DNA of 47,628 bases from an uncultured Limnohabitans sp. (GTDB lineage Bacteria > Bacteroidota > Bacteroidia > Cytophagales > Cyclobacteriaceae). The stretch is taken from contig CAZPKI010000001.1 in NCBI GenBank assembly GCA_964587015.1, forward strand, positions 1 through 47,628, in the 5' to 3' direction. Both the position numbers and the translations under genes were made by a program. Shown here in pieces: positions 20,022 through 30,279 of this stretch (positions are counted from its first letter, which is position 1; the number at the start of each line of letters is the position of its first letter). The notes below the pieces were generated by a model. The model ran no database searches and was not told the origin of the DNA. It saw nothing but the letters and a program-made list of their open reading frames with translations.

Positions 20022-20990
20022 ATGATTCATGTTGTCCTATCTTCTGTAGTTTCCACCTTGAATGAATACATTAGGAATGAATTGAATTTGCAGGAGGATG
20101 TGGTTATTTTAACGAATGCTGTTGACTTATCTGGAAATTTGAATTCTCAAATTGACAACAAATTGTGTCTTTTTTTACACAATTTAGATGAGGAGCGTGT
20201 GATACGAAATGGGGGCTACCAAACTTTTGCAGGGACCAATCCTCCTAAGCATTTCAATTTGCATGTGATGTTTGTGGCTAATTTTCCTGATCCAAATTAC
20301 CTTGAAGCCCTACGTTATATTTCATTAGTATTGGAGTTCTTTCAAGGTACGCAAGTCTTTGATAAATTTAATTTACCGACTCTTTCCACAAATGTGGAAC
20401 GATTGAGTTTTGAGTTCGTAAACTTCTCGTTTGATGAATTGAATAGTGTTTGGAGTTCTTTGGGGTTAAAATACATGCCCTCAGCTTCCTATAAAATCAA
20501 ACTTTTGAGTTTCACGAATAATTTGATTCGTGAAGAAGTTACTTCTGTCGGAATTTCAAATAATAAAAGGGGGTCTGGGCCAGTTGGCAACAATGGCTCT
20601 GATACTTCACAAGGAAATAATGGCACTTCAGGAAATCAGCCTCCGCCCATAATTCCTCGAGAAATGAATCCACTGGGTACTGTGGGGCTAATTAAAGATA
20701 TTCAGGATGATATGGCCGAAGATCCTATTGAGGACCAAATATCTTACTATCCATCAGGAGAGGATGAAGGTTCCTTTAGAGCGCCTAAACCAAAAGTCCC
20801 ATTAGACTCAGTTGGAAATGTGGATGATGCTCAGGATGCAATAATGGATAACCCTGGAGATACACAATATTCATCAGGTCCTTCAATACCTCCAATTAGA
20901 GAAAGAAGGCCAATAGATGATAACCAAATAATAAAGGATGTTGATGATCCTTTCTTGGATAATAATAGAAATAATAGTAGTATTGAGTAA
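20022..20990 (+). CDS. DUF4255/Pvc16-like tail cap (terminator) protein with C-terminal low-complexity extension
   Basis: LHNLDEE, NPPKHFNLHVMF, YLEALRYISLVLEFFQ, VWSSLGLKYMPSASYK in the first ~180 aa. Confidence 0.85.
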   Translation: MIHVVLSSVVSTLNEYIRNELNLQEDVVILTNAVDLSGNLNSQIDNKLCLFLHNLDEERVIRNGGYQTFAGTNPPKHFNLHVMFVANFPDPNYLEALRYISLVLEFFQGTQVFDKFNLPTLSTNVERLSFEFVNFSFDELNSVWSSLGLKYMPSASYKIKLLSFTNNLIREEVTSVGISNNKRGSGPVGNNGSDTSQGNNGTSGNQPPPIIPREMNPLGTVGLIKDIQDDMAEDPIEDQISYYPSGEDEGSFRAPKPKVPLDSVGNVDDAQDAIMDNPGDTQYSSGPSIPPIRERRPIDDNQIIKDVDDPFLDNNRNNSSIE

Positions 20991-21064
20991 TTGGGTTTTT
21001 TCAAATCATACGGGTTTAGTGAAATACGTTCCAATTTTCAATTAAATATTTCCTAGTGTAAAGG

Positions 21065-21907
21065 ATGGATAATTACCAAAGTTCATATCGATTTGTTACC
21101 AAATTCACTGAAGTTTTTTCATGTGTTTTTCTGCATGGGTATTACGATAGTGAGATTTGTACCGATTTGAGTTTTCAACCCTCATCCCGTACAAAATTCT
21201 TAATCAAAAATTACAACCTGATCTTCAAGCCTAGGCCTGGGGGATTTGTACTGGCAGTCAATTCTGACAAAGATTTTAGCAATCTTATTTACAAAGATCC
21301 TTTTGAATTGGATTTTGAGTTTAGATTCACTAATCCGCATTTTTTCTCTTTTACGGTTCTTTTAACAAATCCTGAAATTCGATATTTAATCGATGATAAT
21401 TTAGAATCTTCTGTTCAATTGAGTGCATTGGAGGGAGTAGCAGATCCAGAATTGGATAAACCAGGATTGTCTGGGATAATTAAAGTTAAACACGATCCTA
21501 ACTTTCCTATTTTACCTATTGTCAATCGATTAACAGACCGTTTTATTCCAAGACGTAAGCAGGTTTTTCTAACAAATCGGATGATTAAGCCAGTTTATAT
21601 ATGTTATTGTCCTGAAGAAACAATTGGACTTTTTGCGGGGATGACGATTGAAAATGAAGGTGAATTTAAGAATAGAGTTGAATTTGAACCACCACAGCTT
21701 ATTACCACAGATTCTGGCTTAACTGCATATAAATTTGTGGCAAAGCAGGAGCTGCCTATGAAATCAACTTGGAAAGGGTTCTTTAGACTATTACGTACCA
21801 ATCAATTGGGTGTTTATAAAAAAACACTCCCAAATCCAAGTCCACAGAGTATCAAATTTGATCCATTTGTAAACAGTTATATTTCTGAAAATTTCGTAAA
21901 ACTTTAA
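21065..21907 (+). CDS. Hypothetical CIS protein, candidate cap adaptor (Alg16B-like by position)
   Basis: Follows the DUF4255 gene. HGYY..DLSFQPS..T, NPHFFSFT and C-terminal LPNPSP resemble the gene usually paired with DUF4255 in Bacteroidota eCIS. Confidence 0.55.
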   Translation: MDNYQSSYRFVTKFTEVFSCVFLHGYYDSEICTDLSFQPSSRTKFLIKNYNLIFKPRPGGFVLAVNSDKDFSNLIYKDPFELDFEFRFTNPHFFSFTVLLTNPEIRYLIDDNLESSVQLSALEGVADPELDKPGLSGIIKVKHDPNFPILPIVNRLTDRFIPRRKQVFLTNRMIKPVYICYCPEETIGLFAGMTIENEGEFKNRVEFEPPQLITTDSGLTAYKFVAKQELPMKSTWKGFFRLLRTNQLGVYKKTLPNPSPQSIKFDPFVNSYISENFVKL

Positions 21908-22061
21908 ACTCATTTAGAAGTGGAGAGTAAATCAATCTAACCTCTGATTTTAACTTTTGAAGTTTAGAATGTAGCCTGCTATAAAAATGAGTAATATTTT
22001 CATGAGAAACTTTAGTACTAATTTAGTTCAAGGATTCAAGTAATAGAGAATGTTTTAAGCC

Positions 22062-22571
22062 ATGGTAAAAATGTTGCGTCCAAAAGATCCCCCGGTATCC
22101 TATAATTTCATGGTTGCTCTTGCTCCATCAACTACCCCAAGTTCAATGCTAGGGGCAGTTGCTTTAGCGAGTTTAGTTTTCGACGCTGCTTTCACCCAAA
22201 TTTCTGGATTAGGGGTACAGTTGAATTATACTCCAGTAAGAAGTGGAGGATACAACAACGAAGTATACCATCTGCCAGGTGGAGTAAATCGTGGTGCTTT
22301 GACCCTAAAAAGAGGATTAGCTTCCTTTGCATCCCCTTTGATGCAATGGTGTTTGGGAACAGCCTCAGGCTCAAATTTTATCGAACCGAAAACCATTGTT
22401 GTGATGCTTCAGGACAAAAATCCTAATTATCCACCAGTTATGACTTGGATGTTATACAATGCAATTCCAGTTAAATGGGAAATTGATGAATTAGATGCAA
22501 AAAAATCGGATATTGTGATTGAATCTATAGAAATTGTATTTTCAAATATGGATGTTGTTGGAACAAGTTGA
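22062..22571 (+). CDS. Second gp19-family protein, tube initiator (Afp5-like)
   Basis: PPVSYNFMV, DAAFTQISGL, LTLKRGL, AIPVKW, IVIESIEI. Confidence 0.88.
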   Translation: MVKMLRPKDPPVSYNFMVALAPSTTPSSMLGAVALASLVFDAAFTQISGLGVQLNYTPVRSGGYNNEVYHLPGGVNRGALTLKRGLASFASPLMQWCLGTASGSNFIEPKTIVVMLQDKNPNYPPVMTWMLYNAIPVKWEIDELDAKKSDIVIESIEIVFSNMDVVGTS

Positions 22572-22610
22572 TTCTCTACAAATAGCTCATATTTAATGTA
22601 TTAGAAGTAT

Positions 22611-22802
22611 ATGCCTGTAGAAATTAAACAGTTGATGGTTAAAGGGATTATGGAAGATGCCAATCAACCTTCCAGTGAATCTGCTACTCCTCGAATGGCG
22701 AAGGAAGAAGGGGGGAACTTGACCTATTCTGCCAAAAAACAACTGATTGATGAGTGTGTTCATGAGGTTATGGAGCGAATTAAAAAAATGAATGAATTGT
22801 AA
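22611..22802 (+). CDS. Small CIS protein (DUF5908/Afp6/Alg6 plug-like)
   Basis: MPVEIKQLMVKG N-terminus and LIDECVHEVMERI C-terminal helix; lies between tube initiator and LysM genes; TAATG overlap. Confidence 0.75.
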   Translation: MPVEIKQLMVKGIMEDANQPSSESATPRMAKEEGGNLTYSAKKQLIDECVHEVMERIKKMNEL

Positions 22803-23503
22803 TGTTTAGTTCAAACGGAAATCTTAAGCTCACAGCTTATGAAAATTTTGAAAGTGGGCAGCCTAAGTCAGCATTAAGCGGGGGCACCTACACTTTGCAA
22901 ATCAATCCCGAAAACTTGTCTATAAGTTACGATCAGCTCCCGGAACAAAATGATGAGCCAGCGTCTGCAGCTGGAATGCCAGTCAGTGATAAAAATCCAG
23001 CATACAACAAGCAAACAGTCTCAGTTAATTTTACCATAGATAATTCAGGAGCAGTACCTAATAAGCCTGAAAAAATTACGAGTTCTGGTGGATCAATAAA
23101 AGACTCTGTAGATCAATTTTTGAAAGTGGCAGTAAAGCCAACCAAAGCGACTCACCGCCCACCATTTGTTCAATTGCAATGGGGTAAATTTATTCTCGTC
23201 GGGAAAGTCTTTGGCTTAAAGATTAGCTATACCTATTTTGATGTAGATGGTGAGCCTATCCGAGCAGACATAGGTTTTTCGTTGGTAGAGGAGGTAGACG
23301 AAACGGTAATTAGTAGAGAATTTCAAAGCCCAGATATTACTCGAATAGTCACAGTAAAGGATGGGGATACTTTGATTGGTCTCTGTGAATCTTTTTATGA
23401 GGATCCGAAGTATTATTTGCAAGTAGCCATCTACAATAATCTTCCCTCATTTAGGGGTTTGAAAATAGGTAGTCAAATCGAATTTCCACCTCTAGAGAAA
23501 TAA
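22802..23503 (+). CDS. CIS tube initiator/LysM protein (Afp7-like)
   Basis: INPENL, HRPPFVQLQWG, YFDVDGEPIRA, SPDIT; C-terminal LysM VKDGDTL...NNL...IEFPPL. Confidence 0.9.
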   Translation: MFSSNGNLKLTAYENFESGQPKSALSGGTYTLQINPENLSISYDQLPEQNDEPASAAGMPVSDKNPAYNKQTVSVNFTIDNSGAVPNKPEKITSSGGSIKDSVDQFLKVAVKPTKATHRPPFVQLQWGKFILVGKVFGLKISYTYFDVDGEPIRADIGFSLVEEVDETVISREFQSPDITRIVTVKDGDTLIGLCESFYEDPKYYLQVAIYNNLPSFRGLKIGSQIEFPPLEK

Positions 23504-23506
23504 TCC

Positions 23507-25306
23507 ATGGCTGCGGCAAAATCCCCTGATGATTCATTACAAACCGTCATTTCCTTTGAGGTAAAGGTAGGTGGAAGTGCCCTGCCCACAGGAATGGTAG
23601 TTTTGAAATTGCACGTTAAGTTGGAGGTAAATAAAATCGCCAGAGCATATATTTCAATTTTAGGAGGAAAATCCTATGAAAATCTGTTTCCAGAAAGTGA
23701 AGAAGCTATTTTCGCACCGGGTAAAGAGGTTGAAATATCTATTGGTTATGCGCAAAAAAATGTAAAAGTATTTTCTGGAATTATTACCAAGCATAGCCTT
23801 GACATTGGAACGAATTACCTAAGTTATTCTTCCCGAAATGTTCTTTTACTAGAAGCATCAGACAAGTCAATAAAAATGACTGTAGGTAAAAAATCTGAGA
23901 TTTATGAGACGAAAAAGGATAGTGAAATCATCACGACCTTACTTTCTACTGCAGGATTGACAAAAACTGTTACAGCAACAACTCTTACACACGATTTAAT
24001 TTCAAGACACAATTGCAGTGATTGGGAATTTATGCTCAACCGAGCCAAAGCCAATGGCATGGTTGTATTAAATGCAATGGGTGCGGTGACTGTAGAAGCG
24101 CCTAAGTCTTCGGGGACAGAAGTGTTAACAGTCACCTACGGAAAAGATATTAAGTCTTTTAAAGGTGATCTTAATGCAGGTACCCAGTTGCAGGGAGTCG
24201 AAGCCATTAATTACGATATCTACAATGAAACGGAAGTTAAACAAACAGGTGCAGACTCAAAGTTTGATATTCCTGGAAGTATTACGGGTTCAGAATTGGG
24301 AAAAGTAGCAGCCGCAACAACAGTTAGTTTAAACGTTCCAGTGCCTGTATTAACTCAAGAGCTTAAAGGGCATGCAGATGCATTATTGGCATCTAGTAGG
24401 TTGCGAAGAATGACAGGGGAAGTAAGTTTTCGGGGCAGCACTGATGTGACTCTAGGAGGCTATATAAAATTAGCTGGTTTCGGAAAGTTATTTAATGGAT
24501 TGGTGTATATCACAGGTGTGGAACATCTGGTTGAAAATGGGCAATATGTAACCAAAGTTTCTTTTGGATTAAAGCCTGAGTTTTTTTCAACTAATCCGCA
24601 CGAAGAATTGAATTTACTTCCACCGATTGCAGGTCTACATGTTGGAATCGTTAAAAAATTGGATGCGGACCCTGATAAAAAGAATAGAATTCAAGTAATG
24701 ATTCCCTCTTTAAAAAGTACTGGAAGCGGGATTTGGGCAATGTTAGGACATTTTCATGCGGGTAAAAATTCAGGTAGTTTTTTTGTTCCAGAGCTCAATT
24801 CAGAAGTGATTGTAGGATTTATCAATGATGATCCAAGATTCCCGGTAGTTTTAGGTTCTTTGTATAGTAAAAATAACACTACAGAAGAAAAATTCACAGC
24901 TGACAACTTCATTAAATCTATTGTTACTAAAGGAGGGACACGCTTGGAATTTGAAGATAAAGACAAGACCTTTAAAGTAATTACTCCTGGAAAAAACATG
25001 ATTTTTATCTCGGATAAAGACAAGGGAGTGAAAATTGAAGATCAAAATGGAAACACAATTGTAACTTCCGCTGATGGGATAAGTATGGATTCCGATAAGG
25101 ATATAAAAATCACAGCTGCTGGTAATTTAGAATTGAATGGAACCAAAGGGGTTAAAGTAACTTCATCTTCGGGCGATGTTACTGTAAGCGGAAAAAATGC
25201 AACCTTAAAAGGAAGTGCAAAAGTTGAAGTCAATGGGAGTGCTGGTGCAGATATCAAATCATCTTCAGCTATAAATATTAAAGGTTCAATGGTAAATGTT
25301 AATTGA
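23507..25306 (+). CDS. vgrG: VgrG-like central spike (Afp8-like)
   Basis: EVNKIARA, SDWEFMLNRA, DPDKKNRIQV, FFVPELNSEVIVGFINDDPRFPVVLGSLYS; beta-helical C-terminus ending IKGSMVNVN. Confidence 0.93.
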   Translation: MAAAKSPDDSLQTVISFEVKVGGSALPTGMVVLKLHVKLEVNKIARAYISILGGKSYENLFPESEEAIFAPGKEVEISIGYAQKNVKVFSGIITKHSLDIGTNYLSYSSRNVLLLEASDKSIKMTVGKKSEIYETKKDSEIITTLLSTAGLTKTVTATTLTHDLISRHNCSDWEFMLNRAKANGMVVLNAMGAVTVEAPKSSGTEVLTVTYGKDIKSFKGDLNAGTQLQGVEAINYDIYNETEVKQTGADSKFDIPGSITGSELGKVAAATTVSLNVPVPVLTQELKGHADALLASSRLRRMTGEVSFRGSTDVTLGGYIKLAGFGKLFNGLVYITGVEHLVENGQYVTKVSFGLKPEFFSTNPHEELNLLPPIAGLHVGIVKKLDADPDKKNRIQVMIPSLKSTGSGIWAMLGHFHAGKNSGSFFVPELNSEVIVGFINDDPRFPVVLGSLYSKNNTTEEKFTADNFIKSIVTKGGTRLEFEDKDKTFKVITPGKNMIFISDKDKGVKIEDQNGNTIVTSADGISMDSDKDIKITAAGNLELNGTKGVKVTSSSGDVTVSGKNATLKGSAKVEVNGSAGADIKSSSAINIKGSMVNVN

Positions 25307-25342
25307 TTTACCTCAGATAATCTGAATAAAAGAAAAGGTTAT

Positions 25343-25759
25343 ATGGCAGAAGAAAAGAGTTTCTTAGGTAGGGGTTGGTCATTTCCTGTGACTTTTAATA
25401 AGTCTCTAGGCAAAGTAAATATGGTTAGTGACGAAGTAGATATTCGACAAAGTTTGGAAATCTACCTTGCCACTAAGCGTGGGGAGCGGCTTCTTCGTCT
25501 TGCTTATGGATCATTAATGCACGAGTACATGTTTGAGAGAGCCACATACGGAAATTTGAATTTTCTTTGTGAGAGTTTGAAAAATGATTTGCGTGTTTAT
25601 GAACCTAGGATTATCGTCCATGGAGTGGACGTCGATTCCAAAAACATTAACGATGGCGTAGCACATTTTACGATTGATTACGAGATACAATCGACTAACG
25701 TGAGAGATAATATCGTTTATCCATTTTATATATTGGAAGGCACAAATATACCTGAATAA
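25343..25759 (+). CDS. gp25/GPW-like baseplate protein (Afp9-like)
   Basis: FLGRGWSFP, DIRQSL, GERL, YEPRI, NIVYPFYILEGT. Confidence 0.93.
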   Translation: MAEEKSFLGRGWSFPVTFNKSLGKVNMVSDEVDIRQSLEIYLATKRGERLLRLAYGSLMHEYMFERATYGNLNFLCESLKNDLRVYEPRIIVHGVDVDSKNINDGVAHFTIDYEIQSTNVRDNIVYPFYILEGTNIPE

Positions 25760-25764
25760 GCATT

Positions 25765-28700
25765 TTGGAAAATCTAAGTGATTTCAATACTGATCCTTCA
25801 AGGGCGCGTCAAAAAGACCCGCTAGATCCCCGATATTTTTTACCGGAGGAACGTACTTTGAGTGATTTCCTCAAATTTATCAATCGTTTATCAAAGCATG
25901 TAAACTTTTACGACGAGCGACTCGAGTTAAATGGAGATTGGTTTGATTTTTTTATTTCCAATGAACTTTTCTTGCTAGCTGAAATTGAGAATTTTGATTT
26001 AAAAGCTGCGGAAAAAGAAAAAACTGCAATTCTCCTTCAATTTGAGCGAACTGATGTTCTTGAGGAGAAAACCCTGCTGATCCAAAAACTTTTTGATCAA
26101 ATAAAAATTATGCTTCGTACGGTAGACCACTGGTATGGCCTGTCCTCCAAGTATAATAAAAAAAGAGAAAGTACTGGCCTCGAGAATGAGCTTGTTGGTG
26201 CAATTAGCTACCGTTGTAAAGCAGTTTATGACCAACTGCTGTTTCTTTCATCTGAATTAAAAGAATTAGGAAGTCCGATAGAACTAGTTATTGATGATCT
26301 ATCATTTAATCCGCTTTGGAATGCTCCTGAATCAAAAGCACCAAGTATTGGATGGGGTGCTGAACTTTTGGATGCCAATTACCTTTTAAAGCAATTGCTT
26401 TTACTTCATAGACCGATCTTCAAGACGATCGTTAACCTTACAGAGCGTTCGAAGCAGCTTTTTCGTGAAAATCTTTCCAATAAGCAAGATCATGAGCCGC
26501 AAATTGGCTTGATGATTGCTTTTTTTCATTTGTTTAGAGAGCTTCAGGAAGAAATAAATACCGTTCCAGATCGACTTCTCACGTATTATTTTGAACGTAT
26601 TCTAGGTCAATCCAGAGAAAATCAGGAAGCGGACATTGTAAATTGTTATGCGGATATAGATCCTGAAGTGGATCAAGTGAATATTCCAACTAATGCTCGT
26701 CTAATTGCGGGGCAAAATGAGTTTGGTCAAGATATTATTTACGAAGTTCAAAATAGTGTTTCACTTTCCTCTTTAAAATTGAAAAGTCTGTATACGATGT
26801 TTGTTTCACGAAATAAGCTCATCGATCCAGGCACTCCGTTTCAAACAGTAAACGGGATATATTACAAGAATATTTCCTTGGATAATGGATTTAAAGCCTT
26901 TCAAGCATTAGGAGAGGAACAACGTTTTTTGGATAAGGAAGCCAAAACCATGGAGGAGGTTGATATAGGATTTTCTATTTCGTCTCCTACCTTACGACTT
27001 GGTGGAGGTTACAGACATTTAGAGCTAGACTTTATATTCTTGACTGAAAGTTATCAATACTTTTTGGCAATGCTCTTGTCTATTTCTAGGACAAAAAATC
27101 AACTGCCTGAAGAAGTATTTCACCAGATTTTTACGGGCTCTTTAAGTTTACAACACACTACTGAAAAAGGCTGGTGTGAGGTACCCTCTTACGAGGTGGT
27201 TCCTCCAATGAGTTGGAATGAAAATAGTTTTAAACTTATAATTGATTTTGGTCCAGGACATCCTGCCATTACTCCATATAAAGAGGAGGTGCATGGGGAA
27301 GGATTAAACTTGGTACAGCCTGTTTTGAAGGTTCTCCTAAAAAATCAACATGTTTTTCACCCCTATTCTTTCTTGCAGTTTTTAGAATTGGAGCAGGTGA
27401 AGATCAGAGTTGATGTGAAGCAACTTAAAAACCTAAGCTTACAGAATAATTTTGGTTCTGTTGATTCCAACATCCCATTTGAATTATTTGGTGCAACTCC
27501 AAAAGTTGGAAGCTATGTTTTAATTAGCAACGAAGAGATCTTTTCAAAAGATTTAGAGAGTCTAAATGTAGGTTGGACCTATCATGGTCTACCCTTAGGT
27601 GAGGATATGAAATCCTACTTTTCAGGCTACCCATTTGGGATAGAAAATGATAGTTTTAAATTCAAAGTTCAAGCACTTTCTGACTATAGGTTTATGCCGA
27701 AGGATGAGAATCAATCGGTAATTATTTCTTTGTTTGACGAAAAGGATGGAAAAATTGCCACAGATCGGTACATCGATACTATAGACTTAGATGCTTTAGA
27801 AATACTACCGGATTACAATTTGAATACGGTAGAAACTAGGGAGCTCTTTTTTAATCAGGAAACTGGATTTTTAAAAATTGAGCTAGTTTCTCCAGCCATT
27901 GGATTTGGATTCGATGTCTACCCTACAGTTTATGCTAACGAAGTCACTAAGGCTACAAAGGCACAATTAGAAAATCCTAAATCGGTATTTTCAATGGAAG
28001 TGCCAAACCAGCCTTTTTCACCCATGGTGAAAGATGTTTTCATTGACTATTCCTCTTCTTCTGAGATAAACTTTTTGGGAACCAGATCTTTTTCTAATCA
28101 AACCAAAAAACAAGAAAACTTCATTCAAATTCATCCTTTTGGCAAGAAATTTTTGCTAAAAGATGGGATAGTAAATGAAAGCTCTTTTCTTCCATTCCTC
28201 GAACTTCAAGGTGCCTTGTACCTAGGATTGGAAACGAAGGAATTTGCGGAAGAATTTAGTATGCTTTTTCAAGTAGTTAAAAACAAGGGTGATTTTCAAG
28301 GTGATCCACCAAAGCTAGATTGGTTCTATTTGGCAAATGACAATTGGAAAGCATTTAAGAAAGAGGATATTTTATTTGATAGTAGCTTTGGCTTAACTCG
28401 TTCAGGGATTATTTCTTTCAAAAGTCCAAAAGATATCAGCCTGAATAACTTGGTGATGCCGAACGGTTTGTATTGGATTTGTTGCCGTACCAAAGATCAG
28501 CAACCCATGGCAAGTAGTATTTCAGGGATTTATTTAAATGCATTTTCGGCAAAAGCCGTATTGCAAGAGGGCGTGCATCATGACGCAGTACTACCTGCGT
28601 TTAAGATAGAATCTTTTCAGCAAGCCATACCTGGGATACTTGGTGTCACCCAGCCTATTCCATCATCTGGAGGAAGGGAAAGAGAAGACAAAAATCATTT

Positions 28701-29514
28701 TTATAAGAGGGTTAGTGAAAGTCTAAAACATAAGTTTAGAGCAGCTACTTGTTGGGATATAGAAAAAATGCTACTTCAAAAATTCAATTGGCTTGGGTTT
28801 GTAAAGGTTTTTGGAAACTTTGGTCAGGAGAATTTTGTAGATGCAGGTTCAGTCGTTGTTGTCGGAATGCCTAAAATTGAAGATAGGGATAACTTCTACC
28901 TGCCTAAACTAAACCCAGGACAACTCAAGGAGATGGAAATTTACCTCAAGGAGGTACTGAATTCTTTTGTGGATTTTAGAGTTATTAATCCTCAGTATGA
29001 ATATTTGATGATTAAAGGGAAAATTAAATTTAATTCTTCAGATACAGGACTTATTTTCAAGCAACTATACCATGAATTACTGGTAGAAACATGTCCGTGG
29101 TTCTTTGATGATATTTCTACTGCATTCAATAAACGAGAGACGAAAAGAGCTGAGATATTGAATTTGATTACAAGTAGGCCTTATATTAAATTTTTTACAG
29201 GTTTCTCCTTGGCTCAGATGTATGAAAATGAACAAGGAGATTATCAATTTGTCGATGGGGCGCTGTTGGATGATGGAATGGAAACTGTTTCAGTAGGAAA
29301 ACCTTGGTCTATTCTTATCCCTTATCCATTAAAAAAATTGAAGCTTGTAGAAGAAGAGAACTATCTTCCAGCCGAAGCATTTGATTTGGAGGACATGGTC
29401 ATTGGAGAGAATCTCATCATTACTTCTGATTATACGGAACCCGTAAAAGAAATTAAAGAAGAAGTAAAAATAGAAGAGGATGAGACGTTTTATCACTTTA
29501 ATTTTAAATTTTAG
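25765..29514 (+). CDS. Baseplate J-like wedge/cage protein (Afp11-like)
   Basis: LDPRYFLPEER, GDWFDFF, YYFERILG, FELFGATPKVGS, GLTRSGII, FYKRVSESLKHKFRA. TTG start is uncertain. Confidence 0.88.
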   Translation: MENLSDFNTDPSRARQKDPLDPRYFLPEERTLSDFLKFINRLSKHVNFYDERLELNGDWFDFFISNELFLLAEIENFDLKAAEKEKTAILLQFERTDVLEEKTLLIQKLFDQIKIMLRTVDHWYGLSSKYNKKRESTGLENELVGAISYRCKAVYDQLLFLSSELKELGSPIELVIDDLSFNPLWNAPESKAPSIGWGAELLDANYLLKQLLLLHRPIFKTIVNLTERSKQLFRENLSNKQDHEPQIGLMIAFFHLFRELQEEINTVPDRLLTYYFERILGQSRENQEADIVNCYADIDPEVDQVNIPTNARLIAGQNEFGQDIIYEVQNSVSLSSLKLKSLYTMFVSRNKLIDPGTPFQTVNGIYYKNISLDNGFKAFQALGEEQRFLDKEAKTMEEVDIGFSISSPTLRLGGGYRHLELDFIFLTESYQYFLAMLLSISRTKNQLPEEVFHQIFTGSLSLQHTTEKGWCEVPSYEVVPPMSWNENSFKLIIDFGPGHPAITPYKEEVHGEGLNLVQPVLKVLLKNQHVFHPYSFLQFLELEQVKIRVDVKQLKNLSLQNNFGSVDSNIPFELFGATPKVGSYVLISNEEIFSKDLESLNVGWTYHGLPLGEDMKSYFSGYPFGIENDSFKFKVQALSDYRFMPKDENQSVIISLFDEKDGKIATDRYIDTIDLDALEILPDYNLNTVETRELFFNQETGFLKIELVSPAIGFGFDVYPTVYANEVTKATKAQLENPKSVFSMEVPNQPFSPMVKDVFIDYSSSSEINFLGTRSFSNQTKKQENFIQIHPFGKKFLLKDGIVNESSFLPFLELQGALYLGLETKEFAEEFSMLFQVVKNKGDFQGDPPKLDWFYLANDNWKAFKKEDILFDSSFGLTRSGIISFKSPKDISLNNLVMPNGLYWICCRTKDQQPMASSISGIYLNAFSAKAVLQEGVHHDAVLPAFKIESFQQAIPGILGVTQPIPSSGGREREDKNHFYKRVSESLKHKFRAATCWDIEKMLLQKFNWLGFVKVFGNFGQENFVDAGSVVVVGMPKIEDRDNFYLPKLNPGQLKEMEIYLKEVLNSFVDFRVINPQYEYLMIKGKIKFNSSDTGLIFKQLYHELLVETCPWFFDDISTAFNKRETKRAEILNLITSRPYIKFFTGFSLAQMYENEQGDYQFVDGALLDDGMETVSVGKPWSILIPYPLKKLKLVEEENYLPAEAFDLEDMVIGENLIITSDYTEPVKEIKEEVKIEEDETFYHFNFKF

Positions 29515-29516
29515 GT

Positions 29517-30254
29517 ATGGCATTATTAAATAGACAATCCCTAATCAACTACTTTAAAAAAGGTAGTGCGCCTTCTGAAAGGCACTTTGCAGATTTGATT
29601 GAGTCTACTGTAAATATTGTGGACGATGGAATTTCGAGAGAAGGAGAGAATGGTTTTAGAATCACACCAATCGGTAGATCAAAGCGGTTGATTTCTTTCT
29701 ATAAAAACTTCAAGCAAATTAATCCAGAGTGGAGTATCAACCTGGATAAGGAGCAAAATGGTGGATTGGCTTTTCAAGAGGAAGAAAAAAAGCCTTTGTT
29801 AGTACTTAAAAATGGAGGAAACGTAGGCATTGATGAGGAAAATCCAAAATCAAAACTTGACGTAAATGGTGTGATTACCTCCAAAGGTCGAGTGGGTTCC
29901 ATGCTGGTTGGAGAAGTACCGGGTGATGGAAAATGGCACACGATGATTGATCAGCTTAATGAGCCCTGTGCTTTAGAATTGATAGTTAAGATTGATGGAG
30001 AGAAGGGTAGTGGGCGTTATGCACTAGCCCACCTAATTGCCTTGAATACCTATGGTGGTTCTTCATCTAAGGGCAGGATAAATCAGACTAACTCCTATTA
30101 TGGTAGTTACTTCAATCGATTAAAATTCCGATGGTCTGGCAGTTTGTACAACTACTCCTTGGAAGTAAAAACTGCTAGGCATTATGGATTGAATCCTACT
30201 TCAGGAGAGCCTTACCCAATTAAGTTTTCAATTGGTAGTTTGCTTCCACTTTAA
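29517..30254 (+). CDS. Short tail-fibre/adhesin-like CIS protein
   Basis: NRQSLINYFKKG..PSERHFADLIES N-terminus, one GNVGI..PKSKLDVNG fibre motif, VPGDGKWH-started C-domain. Confidence 0.65.
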   Translation: MALLNRQSLINYFKKGSAPSERHFADLIESTVNIVDDGISREGENGFRITPIGRSKRLISFYKNFKQINPEWSINLDKEQNGGLAFQEEEKKPLLVLKNGGNVGIDEENPKSKLDVNGVITSKGRVGSMLVGEVPGDGKWHTMIDQLNEPCALELIVKIDGEKGSGRYALAHLIALNTYGGSSSKGRINQTNSYYGSYFNRLKFRWSGSLYNYSLEVKTARHYGLNPTSGEPYPIKFSIGSLLPL

Positions 30255-30279
30255 TTGAAATTTTGTAAATTTCCCCACT

